The notes: generated from the sequence alone by a model not told the origin. A DNA stretch of 64,000 nt from Candidatus Oxydemutatoraceae bacterium (GCA_965220085.1 CBDCOZ010000003.1:960001-1024000), one strand, 5' to 3'. Shown: positions 37,802 through 51,572, counted from the stretch's first letter. Translations and numbers: made by a program.

Positions 37802-38665
37802 ATGGACAAGGTGAAGCGGTCGCGGCAGTTGACGGAGTTGTTTCATGCCGCGTGTGTCACTGACATTGAAGCGCTGAAGCCGGGCAATGTCGGCCTTCAC
37901 GATGCGGGACAGTCGCTGACATACCGGGACTTTGTTCGGAGTGCCGATTTGTGTGCCGGGCCGATTTGTGAGCCCGACCTGTCTCTTGGCAAAAGAGTTC
38001 TCAATGCCATTCGCGCGACCCGCGCGGGTGTGTCGCATAATACCAATCTCGGCATCGTGTTGTTGTGCGCGCCGTTGATACAAGCGGCTTATCAGAAACG
38101 GAGCGGACAGTCTTTGCGCGACGCGCTGGCCGGGGCGCTGGCGACAACGACAACGGACGATGCGGCGGATGTGTACGAGGCGATCCGCGTATCAGGCGCG
38201 GGCAATCTGGATACGGTGACAGAGGCGGATATCGCGGATACGCCTTCGGTAACCCTCTCTCAGGCGATGCATCTTGCGCGTGATCGGGATATGGTCGCAA
38301 GGCAGTATGTTAATGATTATGCAGATATATTTGACTTTGCTTTGCCTTGCCTGCTTGAATTTCGGGCGCGATGGGATTACAATGCTTGGCCCGTCACCGG
38401 CGTCTACTTGGCGCTGTTGGCGCGGTATCCGGACAGCCTGGTAGCTCGTAAGTTCGGTATGGATAAGGCGGAACGAATCCGCCGCGATGCCGAACTTCTC
38501 TATAGCGAGTTTTCCGGGAGTCAAGAGCCGGCGGCGTTCGCAGAACGCTTGCTGGCGATGGATGGGGGGCTCAAAAAAGATGGTCTCAATCCTGGCACAA
38601 CGGCTGATTTTGCAGTCGCCGCCGTGCTGGTCGCATCCATGAAATCTACGTTAAATGAAACATAG
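37802..38665 (+). CDS. CitG-family triphosphoribosyl-dephospho-CoA synthase-like protein (Orf7)
   Basis: KPGNV, NTNLGIVLL, PDSLVARKFG, NPGTTAD. Confidence 0.85.
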   Translation: MDKVKRSRQLTELFHAACVTDIEALKPGNVGLHDAGQSLTYRDFVRSADLCAGPICEPDLSLGKRVLNAIRATRAGVSHNTNLGIVLLCAPLIQAAYQKRSGQSLRDALAGALATTTTDDAADVYEAIRVSGAGNLDTVTEADIADTPSVTLSQAMHLARDRDMVARQYVNDYADIFDFALPCLLEFRARWDYNAWPVTGVYLALLARYPDSLVARKFGMDKAERIRRDAELLYSEFSGSQEPAAFAERLLAMDGGLKKDGLNPGTTADFAVAAVLVASMKSTLNET

Positions 38666-38674
38666 GAGAATAAA

Positions 38675-39199
38675 ATGTCAATTAACAAAGTAATGGTAGG
38701 GGAAGCCCTGGTAAACGACAATGACCCATCAGGCACTATGGCGGAGATCGCCCATATTGACTTGCTGATAGGCCCTCGCGGTTCGGCTGTTGAATCGGCT
38801 TTCTGCAATGGCTTGGTCAATAACAAAGACGGCTTTAGCTCTTTGCTGGCCGTGATTGCGCCCAACTTGCCTTGCAAGCCCAACACCATGATGTTCAACA
38901 AAGTGACCATCAAAGGCGAAAAGCAAGCAGTGCAAATGTTCGGCCCGGCCCAAGCCGCGGTAGCGAAAGCTGTTCAGGATTGCGTCGCCGATGGCGTGAT
39001 TTCGCAGGACGATGCGGACGATGTCTATATCTGTGTCGGCGTTTTCATTCACTGGCAAGCCGAAAGCAACGAAGCTATCTACGAGAACAACTACAAGGCT
39101 ACCAAGATGGCCATTGAGAATGCCGTCCAAGGCAAGCCCAGCGTTGCCGAGGCGACAGCACAGAAAGATTCCGCTGATCATCCGTTCAAAGGTTTCTAA
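38675..39199 (+). CDS. fae: Formaldehyde-activating enzyme
   Basis: [41 protein letters not shown]. Confidence 0.95.
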   Translation: MSINKVMVGEALVNDNDPSGTMAEIAHIDLLIGPRGSAVESAFCNGLVNNKDGFSSLLAVIAPNLPCKPNTMMFNKVTIKGEKQAVQMFGPAQAAVAKAVQDCVADGVISQDDADDVYICVGVFIHWQAESNEAIYENNYKATKMAIENAVQGKPSVAEATAQKDSADHPFKGF

Positions 39200-39245
39200 T
39201 CTGACTCAAACTACGGACAGCCCTGGTGCGCTGTGTTCGTCAAAG

Positions 39246-39782
39246 ATGACCGCAACACAGCCGCTCCAAGGGCTGCCTCCGTTGACCGACCCGACCGACC
39301 CGGCTCGCGCGCGGGTCTTAATTCTGGGTTCCATGCCGAGCGCGGCATCCATTGCCGGGCAGGCTTACTACGCCCACCCCCGCAATCATTTTTGGCCTTT
39401 GATGGGGGCCTTGTTCGGAATCGCCCGCGATGCGCCCTACCCGCGGCGTTGTCGGCGTCTGATCGCTTGCAACGTGGCGGTTTGGGATGCGTTGTCGCAA
39501 TGCTTGCGCGAGGGCAGTCTTGATTCTGCGATCGTGGAATCTTCTATCGTGCCCAACGATATCGGCGGGTTTTTGCGGCGACATCGGAAGATACGGCATG
39601 TCTTTTTTAACGGGCGCAAATCGCAGCAGATATTTAAGCGTTACATAGCCGATGAGGTATTGCAACTTGAGCGTGAGATGACGTACCGGCGCTTGCCATC
39701 AACCAGCCCGGCTAATGCTGCTTTGACTTTGGATGACAAGCTCAAAGTCTGGCAGATTGTTGCCGAGTGTGCCGGAACATAG
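39246..39782 (+). CDS. Uracil/hypoxanthine DNA glycosylase family protein
   Basis: LILGSMP, YYAHPRNHFW, GSLDSAI, FFNG, LPSTSPAN. Confidence 0.85.
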   Translation: MTATQPLQGLPPLTDPTDPARARVLILGSMPSAASIAGQAYYAHPRNHFWPLMGALFGIARDAPYPRRCRRLIACNVAVWDALSQCLREGSLDSAIVESSIVPNDIGGFLRRHRKIRHVFFNGRKSQQIFKRYIADEVLQLEREMTYRRLPSTSPANAALTLDDKLKVWQIVAECAGT

Positions 39783-39784
39783 AT

Positions 39785-40309
39785 TTATATTCCCGCTCGG
39801 CAGCGGGCAATAATAAATTCACAAATGGCATTGATGTCGTCGATATGCATCATCGGTATTTGAATATCTGCGGGCGGCTCAATATCGCTGACAAAAGCGA
39901 TGATGTTCGGGTCTTGCGGATACATCGGTTGGCGTCCGCAGGCCCCTCGGTGCAATTCAATCTTGTCAAAGTTCTCGCGTTTGAAGCCCTCGATCAGAAT
40001 CAGATCGATGTCGGGGCAGGTCATCGTTGCAATCAGTTCCTCCGGCGTTGCTTCCGCCTCGTCGGCGAGTTCGTGAATCAATGCCCAGCGCCGATTTGAT
40101 GCGACCAGCATTCTTTTCGCTCCCGCCTTGCGCAGTTCGTAGCTGTCCTTGCCGGGGCGGTCGGTGTCAAAGCTGTGATGCGCGTGCTTGATGATGCCGA
40201 CACGCATGTTTCTTGCCGCCAATGCCGGCAGCAGTTTGGTCAGCAGGGTGGTTTTGCCGGTGCCGCTGTATGCGCAAAAGCCTATGATCGGGGGTTTCTT
40301 GGTCGCCAT
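39785..40309 (-). CDS. mobB: Molybdopterin-guanine dinucleotide biosynthesis protein B
   Basis: SGTGKTT, IKHAHH, PGKDS, IEGFK. Confidence 0.93.
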   Translation of the reverse strand: MATKKPPIIGFCAYSGTGKTTLLTKLLPALAARNMRVGIIKHAHHSFDTDRPGKDSYELRKAGAKRMLVASNRRWALIHELADEAEATPEELIATMTCPDIDLILIEGFKRENFDKIELHRGACGRQPMYPQDPNIIAFVSDIEPPADIQIPMMHIDDINAICEFIIARCRAGI

Positions 40310-40312
40310 AAT

Positions 40313-40906
40313 CTATGCGTTAGAGCGGGTTTGAGATAAGTCTTGCGGCGTGTTGATGTTATGGAAAGCGTCGCGCTCATGCTCAAAATTGCAACGCGCC
40401 GCTTTGATCTTTTCAAACCAGCGGTCTATCTTGCGTTCGCCGCCGGCGAGTTGTTCGCGCAGGGAGTCGAGCAGGGAGGTTTTCATCAGGCAGAAAACAG
40501 GATGCATCCTGCGGCCGTCGTCGGCAACCGCCAAGTCGCTGTCAGTGTCGAGCAGCGCTTCGCTCAGTCGTTCGACGAGATCGGCGGGCGGGTTCGGGCT
40601 GTCGCACGGCACGGTTGCCAGATAGGGCGTGTGTGCGGCGCTCAGCGCGGTTTCCACGCCGGCGAGAGGGCCTTGAAAGTCGGGATGCTTGTCACGGATG
40701 ACCGGATAGCCGTAACTTTGATAAACCGGCAGATTGCGGTTGGCGTTGATCAGCAAAGTCGCAACCTGCGGATCGAATGCGGCGATGACGTGCTCTATCA
40801 GCGGTTTGCCGGCGAGTTCAATCAGGCCTTTGTCCTCTCCGTTCATGCGCATTCCTTTGCCGCCGGCCAGTATGACACCGGTTGTCATGTTTTTTATTTC
40901 TGTCAT
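40313..40906 (-). CDS. mobA: Molybdenum cofactor guanylyltransferase
   Basis: LAGGKGMRM, GPLAG, VPCDSP, NINTP. Confidence 0.93.
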   Translation of the reverse strand: MTEIKNMTTGVILAGGKGMRMNGEDKGLIELAGKPLIEHVIAAFDPQVATLLINANRNLPVYQSYGYPVIRDKHPDFQGPLAGVETALSAAHTPYLATVPCDSPNPPADLVERLSEALLDTDSDLAVADDGRRMHPVFCLMKTSLLDSLREQLAGGERKIDRWFEKIKAARCNFEHERDAFHNINTPQDLSQTRSNA

Positions 40907-40996
40907 GGGTAATGATGTTTCTCAAGGCAATCCTTCCATTCTATTTTATAATGGAAACTGTCACAGCGCAGTTTGAATATATGATAAGGAGGGAAT

Positions 40997-41293
40997 ATGT
41001 CCGGCGATGACAAACGATCCGCGATTGAAGCGGCGGTTTACCGACGGTTGGTGCGGCACCTGCAAGAAAAGACCGAAGTACAGAATATAGATTTGATGAA
41101 TCTTTCCGATTTTTGCCGCAACTGCCTTGCCAAATGGTATGTGGCGGCAGCCAAAGAGGAAGGCGCGGAGATCGATTACGAGCAGGCGCGCGAGGAGGTT
41201 TACGGCATGCCTTATGCCGAATGGAAACAGCGTTACCAGAAGCCTTTGACCGCAGAGCAGAAGCGGGCGATGAAAGCGCACGGCAATTCCTGA
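40997..41293 (+). CDS. DUF1244 family protein
   Basis: VQNIDLMNL..FCRNCLAKW, VYGMPY.EWK. Confidence 0.85.
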   Translation: MSGDDKRSAIEAAVYRRLVRHLQEKTEVQNIDLMNLSDFCRNCLAKWYVAAAKEEGAEIDYEQAREEVYGMPYAEWKQRYQKPLTAEQKRAMKAHGNS

Positions 41294-41308
41294 CCGCCGT
41301 TCCCCGAT

Positions 41309-42058
41309 ATGCCGGATTCCGAAGACAAGCGATTGTTGCGTTACAGTCGCCATATCCTGTTGCCGCAGATCGGCGAGGAAGGGCAGGCGAAGCTCGCCGC
41401 ATCCGGCGTTCTCATCGTCGGTTTGGGCGGGCTGGGTTCGCCGGCGGCGATGTATCTCGCCGCCAGCGGCGTCGGTCGCTTGTTGATCGCCGATTACGAC
41501 ACGGTGGAGTTATCCAATTTGCAGAGACAGATATTGCATACGACAGCGCGCATCGGCGAGGCCAAAACCGACTCTGCGATTGCGTGTTTGAGGGAGTTGA
41601 ATCCGGATACGGAGCTCGTCGGATACGGCGAGCGGCTCGATCGGGAAACGCTTTCGGCCTTGGTCGCGGATGTCGATGCGGTCATCGATGCGTCCGATAA
41701 CTTCGCTACGCGCTATGCGATCAATGAGGTCTGTTGGCGGCAAACCACCCCGTTGGTGAGCGCCGCCGCGATACGGCTGGAGGCGCAAATCAGCGTATTT
41801 GACCCGACGGATGCCGCCAGTCCGTGTTATCAGTGCCTTTATCCGCCGGGGACGAATGTTGACGACAGTTGCGTGAATAATGGCGTCTTGGCGCCGCTGA
41901 CAGGCGCGATCGGCGCGATGCAGGCAATCGAAGCGATCAAGTTGCTGGTCGGTTTTGGCGAGGCGGCTTGCGGGCGGGTGTTGTTGTTTGATGCGGCGAC
42001 GATGGCATGGCGGCAGGTGAAACTTAATAAAGACCCGGAGTGTTCTGTTTGCAAATGA
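41309..42058 (+). CDS. moeB: MoeB/ThiF family adenylyltransferase
   Basis: RYSRHI, GLGGLG, SNLQRQ, DNFATR, CYQC and C-terminal CxxC. Confidence 0.85.
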   Translation: MPDSEDKRLLRYSRHILLPQIGEEGQAKLAASGVLIVGLGGLGSPAAMYLAASGVGRLLIADYDTVELSNLQRQILHTTARIGEAKTDSAIACLRELNPDTELVGYGERLDRETLSALVADVDAVIDASDNFATRYAINEVCWRQTTPLVSAAAIRLEAQISVFDPTDAASPCYQCLYPPGTNVDDSCVNNGVLAPLTGAIGAMQAIEAIKLLVGFGEAACGRVLLFDAATMAWRQVKLNKDPECSVCK

Positions 42059-43275
42059 AAGATTCTATTCAATCAATTGTCGGCGACCAGCCGTTTGCTT
42101 CCCTGCGAGTCGGGGATACCCAAGTGGATATTATCGGCACCGCGCATGTATCCGTGTTGAGCCGCGATACGGTCGGCGCTCTGGTGCGACAAAAGTATTA
42201 CGATACCGTGGCGCTCGAGTTATGCGAGAGGCGACACGCGGCGCTGGAGGGCGTCGATCATCTGGCGGAAATGGATCTGTGGAGCGTCATCAAGCAAAAC
42301 AAGATGTTTTCGGTCATGGCCATGCTGGTGTTCGGAGCGTATCAGCGGCGTATCGGCGCGCAACTCGGGGTGGAGCCGGGGGCCGAGTTTAAGGAAGCCA
42401 TCGCGCGGTGCAAGGAATCGGATATTCCGATCGCATTGGTCGACCGTGATATCGGCGTCAGCTTGAAACGTTTCTACCGCAAGATGAAATGGTGGCATCG
42501 CCCCGTGTTGTTCTCCGCCCTGATAGCGAGCATGTTCGCCGATCACAGCATCAGCGAGCGCGAGTTGGAGAATATGAAAAAGGAAGGGGCGCTCTTCAGC
42601 GCGGTAGATCAGTTGTGGCCGGGCTCCGAGCAGTTAGTGCGCACACTTTTGACCGAGCGCGATCAATACATGGCGGCAAAGATTCGGCAGCATATCGCCG
42701 AGCATAAGCCATCGCGCATGCTGGTCGTCATCGGCGCCGGACACCTCAAAGGCATGCGCGAAATTTTGGAGCAAGGCATGGGAGAGCGCGAAGCAAACGA
42801 GAAGTTGATCGATGAATATTGCGAAGTGCCGCCGCGCGGCGCATATCTCAAATATTTTCCGTGGGCGTTGACGGCTTTGATCCTCAGCGGCTTTGTCATC
42901 GGTTTTTCGCGCGACACGGAAGTCGGCGCGGCGCTGGTCGTTTATTGGTTCCTCGCCAACGGGGTTCTGGCCGCGCTCGGGGCGACGCTGGTATTGGCGC
43001 ATCCGCTGACAGTCTTGGCGGCGTTTTTGGCGGCGCCGATAACTTCTTTGAACCCGCTGATCGGCGCGGGCATGGTGACGGCCGCCGTGCAATTTGTTCT
43101 GCGCAAACCGCATGTGTCCGACTTTGTGACGGTCAAAAGCGATATGATCAGCTTCGCGGGTTGGCGTCGCAACCGCTTTACCCATCTGTTTCTGGTGTTC
43201 TTATTCAGCAGCATAGGCTCCGTCGCCGGCACCTATATCGGCGGGATCTATATCTTTAGTGTCCTGTCAGGCTAG
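42055..43275 (+). CDS. TraB/GumN family membrane protein
   Basis: GTAHVS, PGAEF, DRDI, ERDQYM, GAGH, APITSLNP plus C-terminal transmembrane helices. Confidence 0.88.
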   Translation: MKDSIQSIVGDQPFASLRVGDTQVDIIGTAHVSVLSRDTVGALVRQKYYDTVALELCERRHAALEGVDHLAEMDLWSVIKQNKMFSVMAMLVFGAYQRRIGAQLGVEPGAEFKEAIARCKESDIPIALVDRDIGVSLKRFYRKMKWWHRPVLFSALIASMFADHSISERELENMKKEGALFSAVDQLWPGSEQLVRTLLTERDQYMAAKIRQHIAEHKPSRMLVVIGAGHLKGMREILEQGMGEREANEKLIDEYCEVPPRGAYLKYFPWALTALILSGFVIGFSRDTEVGAALVVYWFLANGVLAALGATLVLAHPLTVLAAFLAAPITSLNPLIGAGMVTAAVQFVLRKPHVSDFVTVKSDMISFAGWRRNRFTHLFLVFLFSSIGSVAGTYIGGIYIFSVLSG

Positions 43276-44430
43276 GTCTTGCAGGCCTTTGACGAGACGG
43301 TCTATTCCCTGTTCCAACTTGTCGGCAGTCAGAGCGCCGTATGAAATGCGCAGCGCCGGTTGCCCGGTGTCGCCGAATGCCGAACCGGGCAAGACCGCAA
43401 CCCGGCGCTCATCGATGAGCCGGCATGCGATTTGCTTGTCCGGCGTGTCGGTGTTTAAGCGCACAAACAAATACATCGCCCCGGCGGCGGGAGGCGCGGA
43501 GATGATGCCTTGCTCTGCCAGCGGCGCCAGCTTTTCAAGGCATAGTTCGCGGTTTGCTTTTATCACGCGCAATTGTTCCGCGAGGTAAGGGCGTCCGTCG
43601 CGCAAGCAAGCGATCGCCGCATACTGTGAGATTGCCGGAGGGCAGATGAGGATGTTGTCTTGCACTTTGGTCAAAGCCTTGCCCAGTTGTTTGGGCACAA
43701 CCATATAACCGATGCGCCACGACGCAAAGCCGTAGCTTTTTGACATGGAAAACAGCGACAAGGTGTGCGCGCCCGCGCCGGCGATGCTCGCCGGAGAAAA
43801 GTGCGGCGTTTCGTAAGCGAAGTCTTCGTACGCTTCGTCGCTGATATGGTAGATATTATGTTCGGCGCACAGCGCGTTGATCGCGGTCAGCGTCTGCTCG
43901 GAGTAGACGCACCCGCTCGGGTTGTTTGGCGATACGGTGACGACGGCGCGGGTCTTGGGGCCGATAGCGTTTTTGATGTTTTCAAGCATCGGCTGAAAGC
44001 CGTCGTCGGTGCGCGCGCAACGCGCCTTGCAACCGCACATGACGGCGGTCATCTCGTGATTGAAGTAGTAAGGGAGGAGCAGTATGACTTCATCGCCGGG
44101 GGCGCAGCAGGCGAGCATCAGCGCGTTAAAAGCCATGTTGGCGCCGGCTGTGACAAATATCATCTGCCGCTCGTCGGGCTTGATATTATTGTCGGTGTCG
44201 AGCTTGTCTGCGAACGCTTCGCGAAGTTCCGGCAAGCCTTCTACGGGCCCGTAGAGGTGTTGGTTGCCGCGGCGGGACATCTGTTCCGTCGCGTATGCGA
44301 TGGCTTGCGGCGGCGGCGGGTAAAAGACAACCCCCTGACCGAGCGAGATGGTTCCCGGAGTTTCGGCAATGCGTCGGTTGATGAGCGGGATGATCGCCTC
44401 CTCTACCGCATCCATTCTGTTGTTTTGCAT
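43267..44430 (-). CDS. PLP-dependent class I/II aminotransferase
   Basis: ISLGQG, SPNNPSG, SDEAY, SMSKSYGFASWRIG. Confidence 0.9.
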   Translation of the reverse strand: MQNNRMDAVEEAIIPLINRRIAETPGTISLGQGVVFYPPPPQAIAYATEQMSRRGNQHLYGPVEGLPELREAFADKLDTDNNIKPDERQMIFVTAGANMAFNALMLACCAPGDEVILLLPYYFNHEMTAVMCGCKARCARTDDGFQPMLENIKNAIGPKTRAVVTVSPNNPSGCVYSEQTLTAINALCAEHNIYHISDEAYEDFAYETPHFSPASIAGAGAHTLSLFSMSKSYGFASWRIGYMVVPKQLGKALTKVQDNILICPPAISQYAAIACLRDGRPYLAEQLRVIKANRELCLEKLAPLAEQGIISAPPAAGAMYLFVRLNTDTPDKQIACRLIDERRVAVLPGSAFGDTGQPALRISYGALTADKLEQGIDRLVKGLQDLA

Positions 44431-44543
44431 GGCTTTATGTTTCGGCTTGTATCCCCGCCGCGCGGTCGCGACGATAAAATGCGTTCCTATTGTAATGTAG
44501 CGGGGCGGAATGCCATCGCGCCTGCGGCGCGCGACGGGCGGCG

Positions 44544-45245
44544 TCATTTTTGCGCTTTATCCCGCAACAGGCATTGTCGCGCCTGATTGATCATCGCCGC
44601 CAGATGCGGCGTGCCGCCTTGGTCCGGGTGCAGCCGTTGAATCAGGCGGCGATAAGCGGCGGTAATCTCGGCCTCGCTACAGCCGGGGCTTAGCCCCAAA
44701 ACCTGATGCGCCTCATCGGTCGTCATGTCGCTTTGCGCGGGCGCTTGTTCCCGCGTCCGCTGTGACGCGCCGCCTTGGCGCATCTCAAAATAACTTTTTA
44801 ACAAGGCGGCGGCGGGCGGGTCGTCGCGCGCAAACTGCTCCGCTAAGGTTTGCAATTCCTCTTGACTGAGAGTGTTCAGGCGTCTGCCCGCGAATTGACC
44901 GACCAGTATCTTGCCATCCGCCGTGCCTGTCAGGGGGTTCACTTCTATCACCAAACTGTCGCTCCGGAAGTTGGAGTAGTTCTGTTTGCCGAAACGAACA
45001 CCGTGCATAAGTCTGACCAGCAGAGGCGCGAAGCGCAACAGCGCGAAGAGTTTTGCCAGAAACGGCAGCGTTGCGGCGCCCGCTGCGATAATCCAGTTCA
45101 GTCTGCCGGTTAATGCAAGCCCGATGAGTATCGCCGCGATTGCAATGAGCAGCCATTGCAGGCGTGTTTTGCGCGGCTGGCGCTTCAGCCAGCGCAAGAA
45201 GAAAAAGGCCGCAACGATGGCGCCGATGATGAGTAATTGTTGCAT
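44544..45245 (-). CDS. Membrane-anchored J-domain protein
   Basis: N-terminal transmembrane segments; C-terminal VLGL...LHPDQGG. Confidence 0.85.
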   Translation of the reverse strand: MQQLLIIGAIVAAFFFLRWLKRQPRKTRLQWLLIAIAAILIGLALTGRLNWIIAAGAATLPFLAKLFALLRFAPLLVRLMHGVRFGKQNYSNFRSDSLVIEVNPLTGTADGKILVGQFAGRRLNTLSQEELQTLAEQFARDDPPAAALLKSYFEMRQGGASQRTREQAPAQSDMTTDEAHQVLGLSPGCSEAEITAAYRRLIQRLHPDQGGTPHLAAMINQARQCLLRDKAQK

Positions 45246-45285
45246 GGTTATGATGATAATACAGGTTTGGTAGAATTTTACTGCG

Positions 45286-46140
45286 ATGGAGTGGATTAAC
45301 GTACTAGAAGTCCCGCTTGGTTCGGACATGCGGCAGTTGAATCTTGCCTTGAAGCACGACGGGGTGGCGCACCGCATCACCGAAAAGGGCGGCAAGCAGG
45401 TTTTGTCTTTGATGTATCCCAAAGACCGGGCATTGGCCGAGCGACGCATTGCCGAATGGCGCGATGATGCGTTGCCGTTGTTAGCCGAGCGCAAGCGACG
45501 AGCGGCGCCGCGTTCTGCTTTGCGCGCGTTACTCGGCGCGCCGATTGTTCTGATAACAGCGCTGCTCGGCGCGGCGGGAAGCGCGATCGTATGGTTTGAC
45601 CTGCCGTATTTGCTGGGGCTGTTGATCTTTCAATCGGTCGAGTCGGTCGGCGGCAATATGTATCCGCGGGCCGCTTGGGGCGCGCTGGCCGACGGGCAAT
45701 TATGGAAGTTGTGGTCGCCGATGTTTTTGCACTTCGGCATCTTTCACCTGATATTTAATTTGCTGTGGCTGTTTGAGTTCGGCGTCAGGATTGAGCGGTA
45801 TCAGTCCGGCGCAAGGTTGTTGCTCGTCATTTTGGCTTCCGGTCTGGTTTCCAATATCTGCCAATTTTTTGCCGAGCCGACGGTCATTTTTGGCGGTTTA
45901 TCGGGCGTTGTCTACGGTTTGTTCGGGTACTGCGCCCTGCACAGCCACCTGTACAAGTTCTCTTCTTTGGCGCCGCGTCCGGGCGTGACGGTGTTTTTGC
46001 TTGCATGGTTGTTGATCGGCATAAGCGGCATTGTCTCTATGCTTGGAATCGCAAATATCGCCAATGCGGCGCATATCGGAGGGTTGCTAACGGGTTTGTT
46101 GCTGGCTTTGTATCCGCGCGCAAAGCGCGGCAACCGTTGA
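45286..46140 (+). CDS. Rhomboid intramembrane serine protease (GlpG-like)
   Basis: HLIFN, GLSG catalytic Ser, AHIGG catalytic His. Confidence 0.9.
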   Translation: MEWINVLEVPLGSDMRQLNLALKHDGVAHRITEKGGKQVLSLMYPKDRALAERRIAEWRDDALPLLAERKRRAAPRSALRALLGAPIVLITALLGAAGSAIVWFDLPYLLGLLIFQSVESVGGNMYPRAAWGALADGQLWKLWSPMFLHFGIFHLIFNLLWLFEFGVRIERYQSGARLLLVILASGLVSNICQFFAEPTVIFGGLSGVVYGLFGYCALHSHLYKFSSLAPRPGVTVFLLAWLLIGISGIVSMLGIANIANAAHIGGLLTGLLLALYPRAKRGNR

Positions 46141-46150
46141 GCTCGCGCGG

Positions 46151-47329
46151 CTAGTCGCGGCGCAACTTGTCGGTCAAGGCGATGGGCGACGGATAGCGGC
46201 TGACAATCAGGTAAGGCGAAATGATGAATGTCAGCATCATAGTCAGCTGAATCAGATGATTGACTTCCTGCCCGATAAGTCCTAACTGAAAGGCGAGCAC
46301 CGATATCAGCAGCGAGAATTCGCTGCCTTGCCCGAGCCGGATGCCGACTTCTTTGGCGCGGCTTTTTTCTTCCTCGTTGTGCCCGCGCAGGAGGAAGCGA
46401 AAGACGTACGGTTTCAGCAACAATATGATGGCCGCCAAAATAAGGCTCGGAATGATGACGTGTTCAAACACCTCGGGGTTGATGCCGCTGCCGAGCGTGA
46501 CAAAGAAGACAATCAGAAAGAAATCGCGCAAAGGCTTGAGCGAGTCGGCGACATACAGCGCGATAGGATTGAGGGCGACGATGACACCGGCGATGAAAGC
46601 GCCCATCTCATGCGACAGGCCGATCCATTCGGTGAGGTGGGCTATGCCCAGACACCAGCCGATCATCAGCAAAAAGATGTATTCCCGAATTTTACTGAAG
46701 CGGCGCAGCAAAGGGAGCAGCACATAACGCTGTGCCAGCCAAATCAGGGCGATTAAAAAGGGCAGCGATGCGAGCGTCAGCAAGGTGCCGCTCAACTCGC
46801 TTCCGATATCGCCGGTCGCCATAACGTGCAGCGTGAACAGCACGGCGATTGCCAGAATGTCTTGCAGCAGCAAGACGCTGATAATCACTTCGCCGGTGGG
46901 TTTGTGGTGCAGGACGGTAGTCGGCAGCAACTTCAGCCCGATGATGGTGCTGGAAAACATCAACGCTGCCGCGAGCACGATGGTCTCGACTGTTTCCAGT
47001 CGCATAAAGTAGCCGAAAGGCACGGCGATTGAGGTCAGAGCCAGACAACTCAATAGCGTCGGCAACGCGGTCGGCTTGAGCATTTTGAAAAGCTTGGCCG
47101 GAGACAGGTCGAGCCCCAAGAGAAAGAGCAGCAGGGTGATGCCTATCTGCGAAACCTGATTAATTTCTTGCGAGTCTTTTATCAGGTTAAAACCGACCGG
47201 GCCGAGCAACAGGCCGAGGAGCAGATACGCCGTCAGCATCGTCTGACGAAGGACTATCGCCAGTGTTGCGACAACCGCAGCGCCGGTGAATATCAGAACG
47301 AGGGTGAGCAACGCTTGATTTTCAATCAT
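46151..47329 (-). CDS. CPA2-family cation:proton antiporter
   Basis: LLFLLGL, FSSTII, LLQD, GAFIAG, LRDFF, GQGSEFS. Confidence 0.9.
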   Translation of the reverse strand: MIENQALLTLVLIFTGAAVVATLAIVLRQTMLTAYLLLGLLLGPVGFNLIKDSQEINQVSQIGITLLLFLLGLDLSPAKLFKMLKPTALPTLLSCLALTSIAVPFGYFMRLETVETIVLAAALMFSSTIIGLKLLPTTVLHHKPTGEVIISVLLLQDILAIAVLFTLHVMATGDIGSELSGTLLTLASLPFLIALIWLAQRYVLLPLLRRFSKIREYIFLLMIGWCLGIAHLTEWIGLSHEMGAFIAGVIVALNPIALYVADSLKPLRDFFLIVFFVTLGSGINPEVFEHVIIPSLILAAIILLLKPYVFRFLLRGHNEEEKSRAKEVGIRLGQGSEFSLLISVLAFQLGLIGQEVNHLIQLTMMLTFIISPYLIVSRYPSPIALTDKLRRD

Positions 47330-47517
47330 CGTATGCGGCCTTTGAGCGTATGGAGGTTTGTCGGATTTTGCATGATATCAGCATATGGTTGAGACGGTTT
47401 TGTTTGTTTGTAAGCGAGTAAAATTATATGCATAAGCCCATAAGAGGCAAATAAAACAGGCAATGGTAAACTATGATTCCTATTGTAATTCCATTGCTTT
47501 TTATCGGGGTATGAATA

Positions 47518-47736
47518 ATGACAAGACTGACAGCCGCATGTATTTTGTGCTTCTGGCTCTTATCGGGGTGCGGCAATAGCCAAGAAGTCGATGCGTGCAT
47601 ACATGAATATATCTCCGACACAACGCTTTCTGACTGGTCGGACAAAGACCATTCCGATTGGGATGAAGAGAAAAAAGCAAAATACCATTACCTCTATGCG
47701 GAGGCGCATTGCCAGGATGAATATCCCGACGAATAG
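47518..47736 (+). CDS. Small putative lipoprotein
   Basis: LLSGC lipobox, acidic mature part. Confidence 0.5.
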   Translation: MTRLTAACILCFWLLSGCGNSQEVDACIHEYISDTTLSDWSDKDHSDWDEEKKAKYHYLYAEAHCQDEYPDE

Positions 47737-47929
47737 GGATGCATTTTCCATATCTGAGCGATTTCTTTTATTTGCGCAAAAGCCATGCATGGGGCAGCCA
47801 AACCGTTTGACAGTCTGTTGTTTGGCGGCCGCAAGCCAAATAGCCGGATGGCAGCGGCTCCCCGCCCGGCGGGGTTTCCCCTCTGCGCATCGTTGCCTCC
47901 CCTTGCAATTCCGGCGCAGTCTCAGGATA

Positions 47930-50505
<2,576 letters not shown>

Positions 50506-50509
<4 letters not shown>

Positions 50510-51570
50510 GATTTGAGACCGATGATCTGAAAATTAAAGAGATGAAGGAGCTGATCGCTCCCGAGAGCCTGATTGAGAAATTTCCGATCAGCGACGAGGC
50601 ATCAAAGTGCGTGCATGATGCGCGCGAAGGCGTGAGCGGTATCATGCGCGGCGACGATGACCGCATCGTCGTCATCGTCGGCCCGTGTTCGGTGCACAAT
50701 CCCGCCTCGGCGATTGAGTACGCGACAAAGTTGCGGCCTTTGATTGCCGGCTATGCGGATTCTTTGCGCATTATCATGCGCGTGTATTTTGAGAAGCCGC
50801 GCACGACAGTCGGTTGGAAGGGTCTCATCAATGATCCCGATCTCGACGACAGTTTCCGCATCAACAAAGGGCTCGAGACGGCGCGCAAGTTGTTGCTGGA
50901 TCTCAACAATATGGGCGTGCCCGCCGGCACCGAATATCTGGACCTGATCAGCCCGCAGTATATCGCCGGTCTGATCAGTTGGGGCGCGATTGGCGCGCGC
51001 ACAACCGAGAGCCAGAGCCATCGCGAACTTGCATCGGGCTTGTCGTGCCCGGTCGGTTTTAAGAACGGCACCACCGGCAATATTCAGATTGCGATCGACG
51101 CGCTGAAGTCGGCGTCTCAGCCGCATCATTTTCTGTCGGTGACCAAACAAGGGCGGTCGGCGATTTTCTCCACGACGGGCAATCCCGATTGTCATATTAT
51201 CATGCGCGGCGGCAAGGAGACGAACTATGACGCGCAGAGCGTCGCCGCGGTGGCGGCAGCGCTCGCCGCCGGCAAACAGCGCGAGAAAATGATGATTGAC
51301 TTCAGCCACGCGAACAGCCGCAAGCAGTTCAAGCGACAGCTGGACGTCGGCAAAGCGGTTGCCGATCAGATACGAAACGGAGAGACCCGCATCATGGGAG
51401 CGATGATTGAGAGCAATCTGGTCGAAGGCCGGCAAGACCTCGAGCCCGGCAAGGAATTGACTTACGGGCAAAGCATCACCGATGCGTGTGTCGGTTGGGA
51501 TGACACATTGGTTCTGTTGGATATGCTGTCTGACGCGATCGGCGCGGCCAGGACCGCCCGCGCCGCATAA
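50506..51570 (+). CDS. aroG: Class I-alpha DAHP synthase (AroF/G/H type)
   Basis: GPCSVH, MRVYFEKPRTTVGWKG, IGARTTESQ, DFSHANS, YGQSITDAC; the feedback isoform cannot be determined. Confidence 0.9.
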
Positions 51571-51572
51571 TA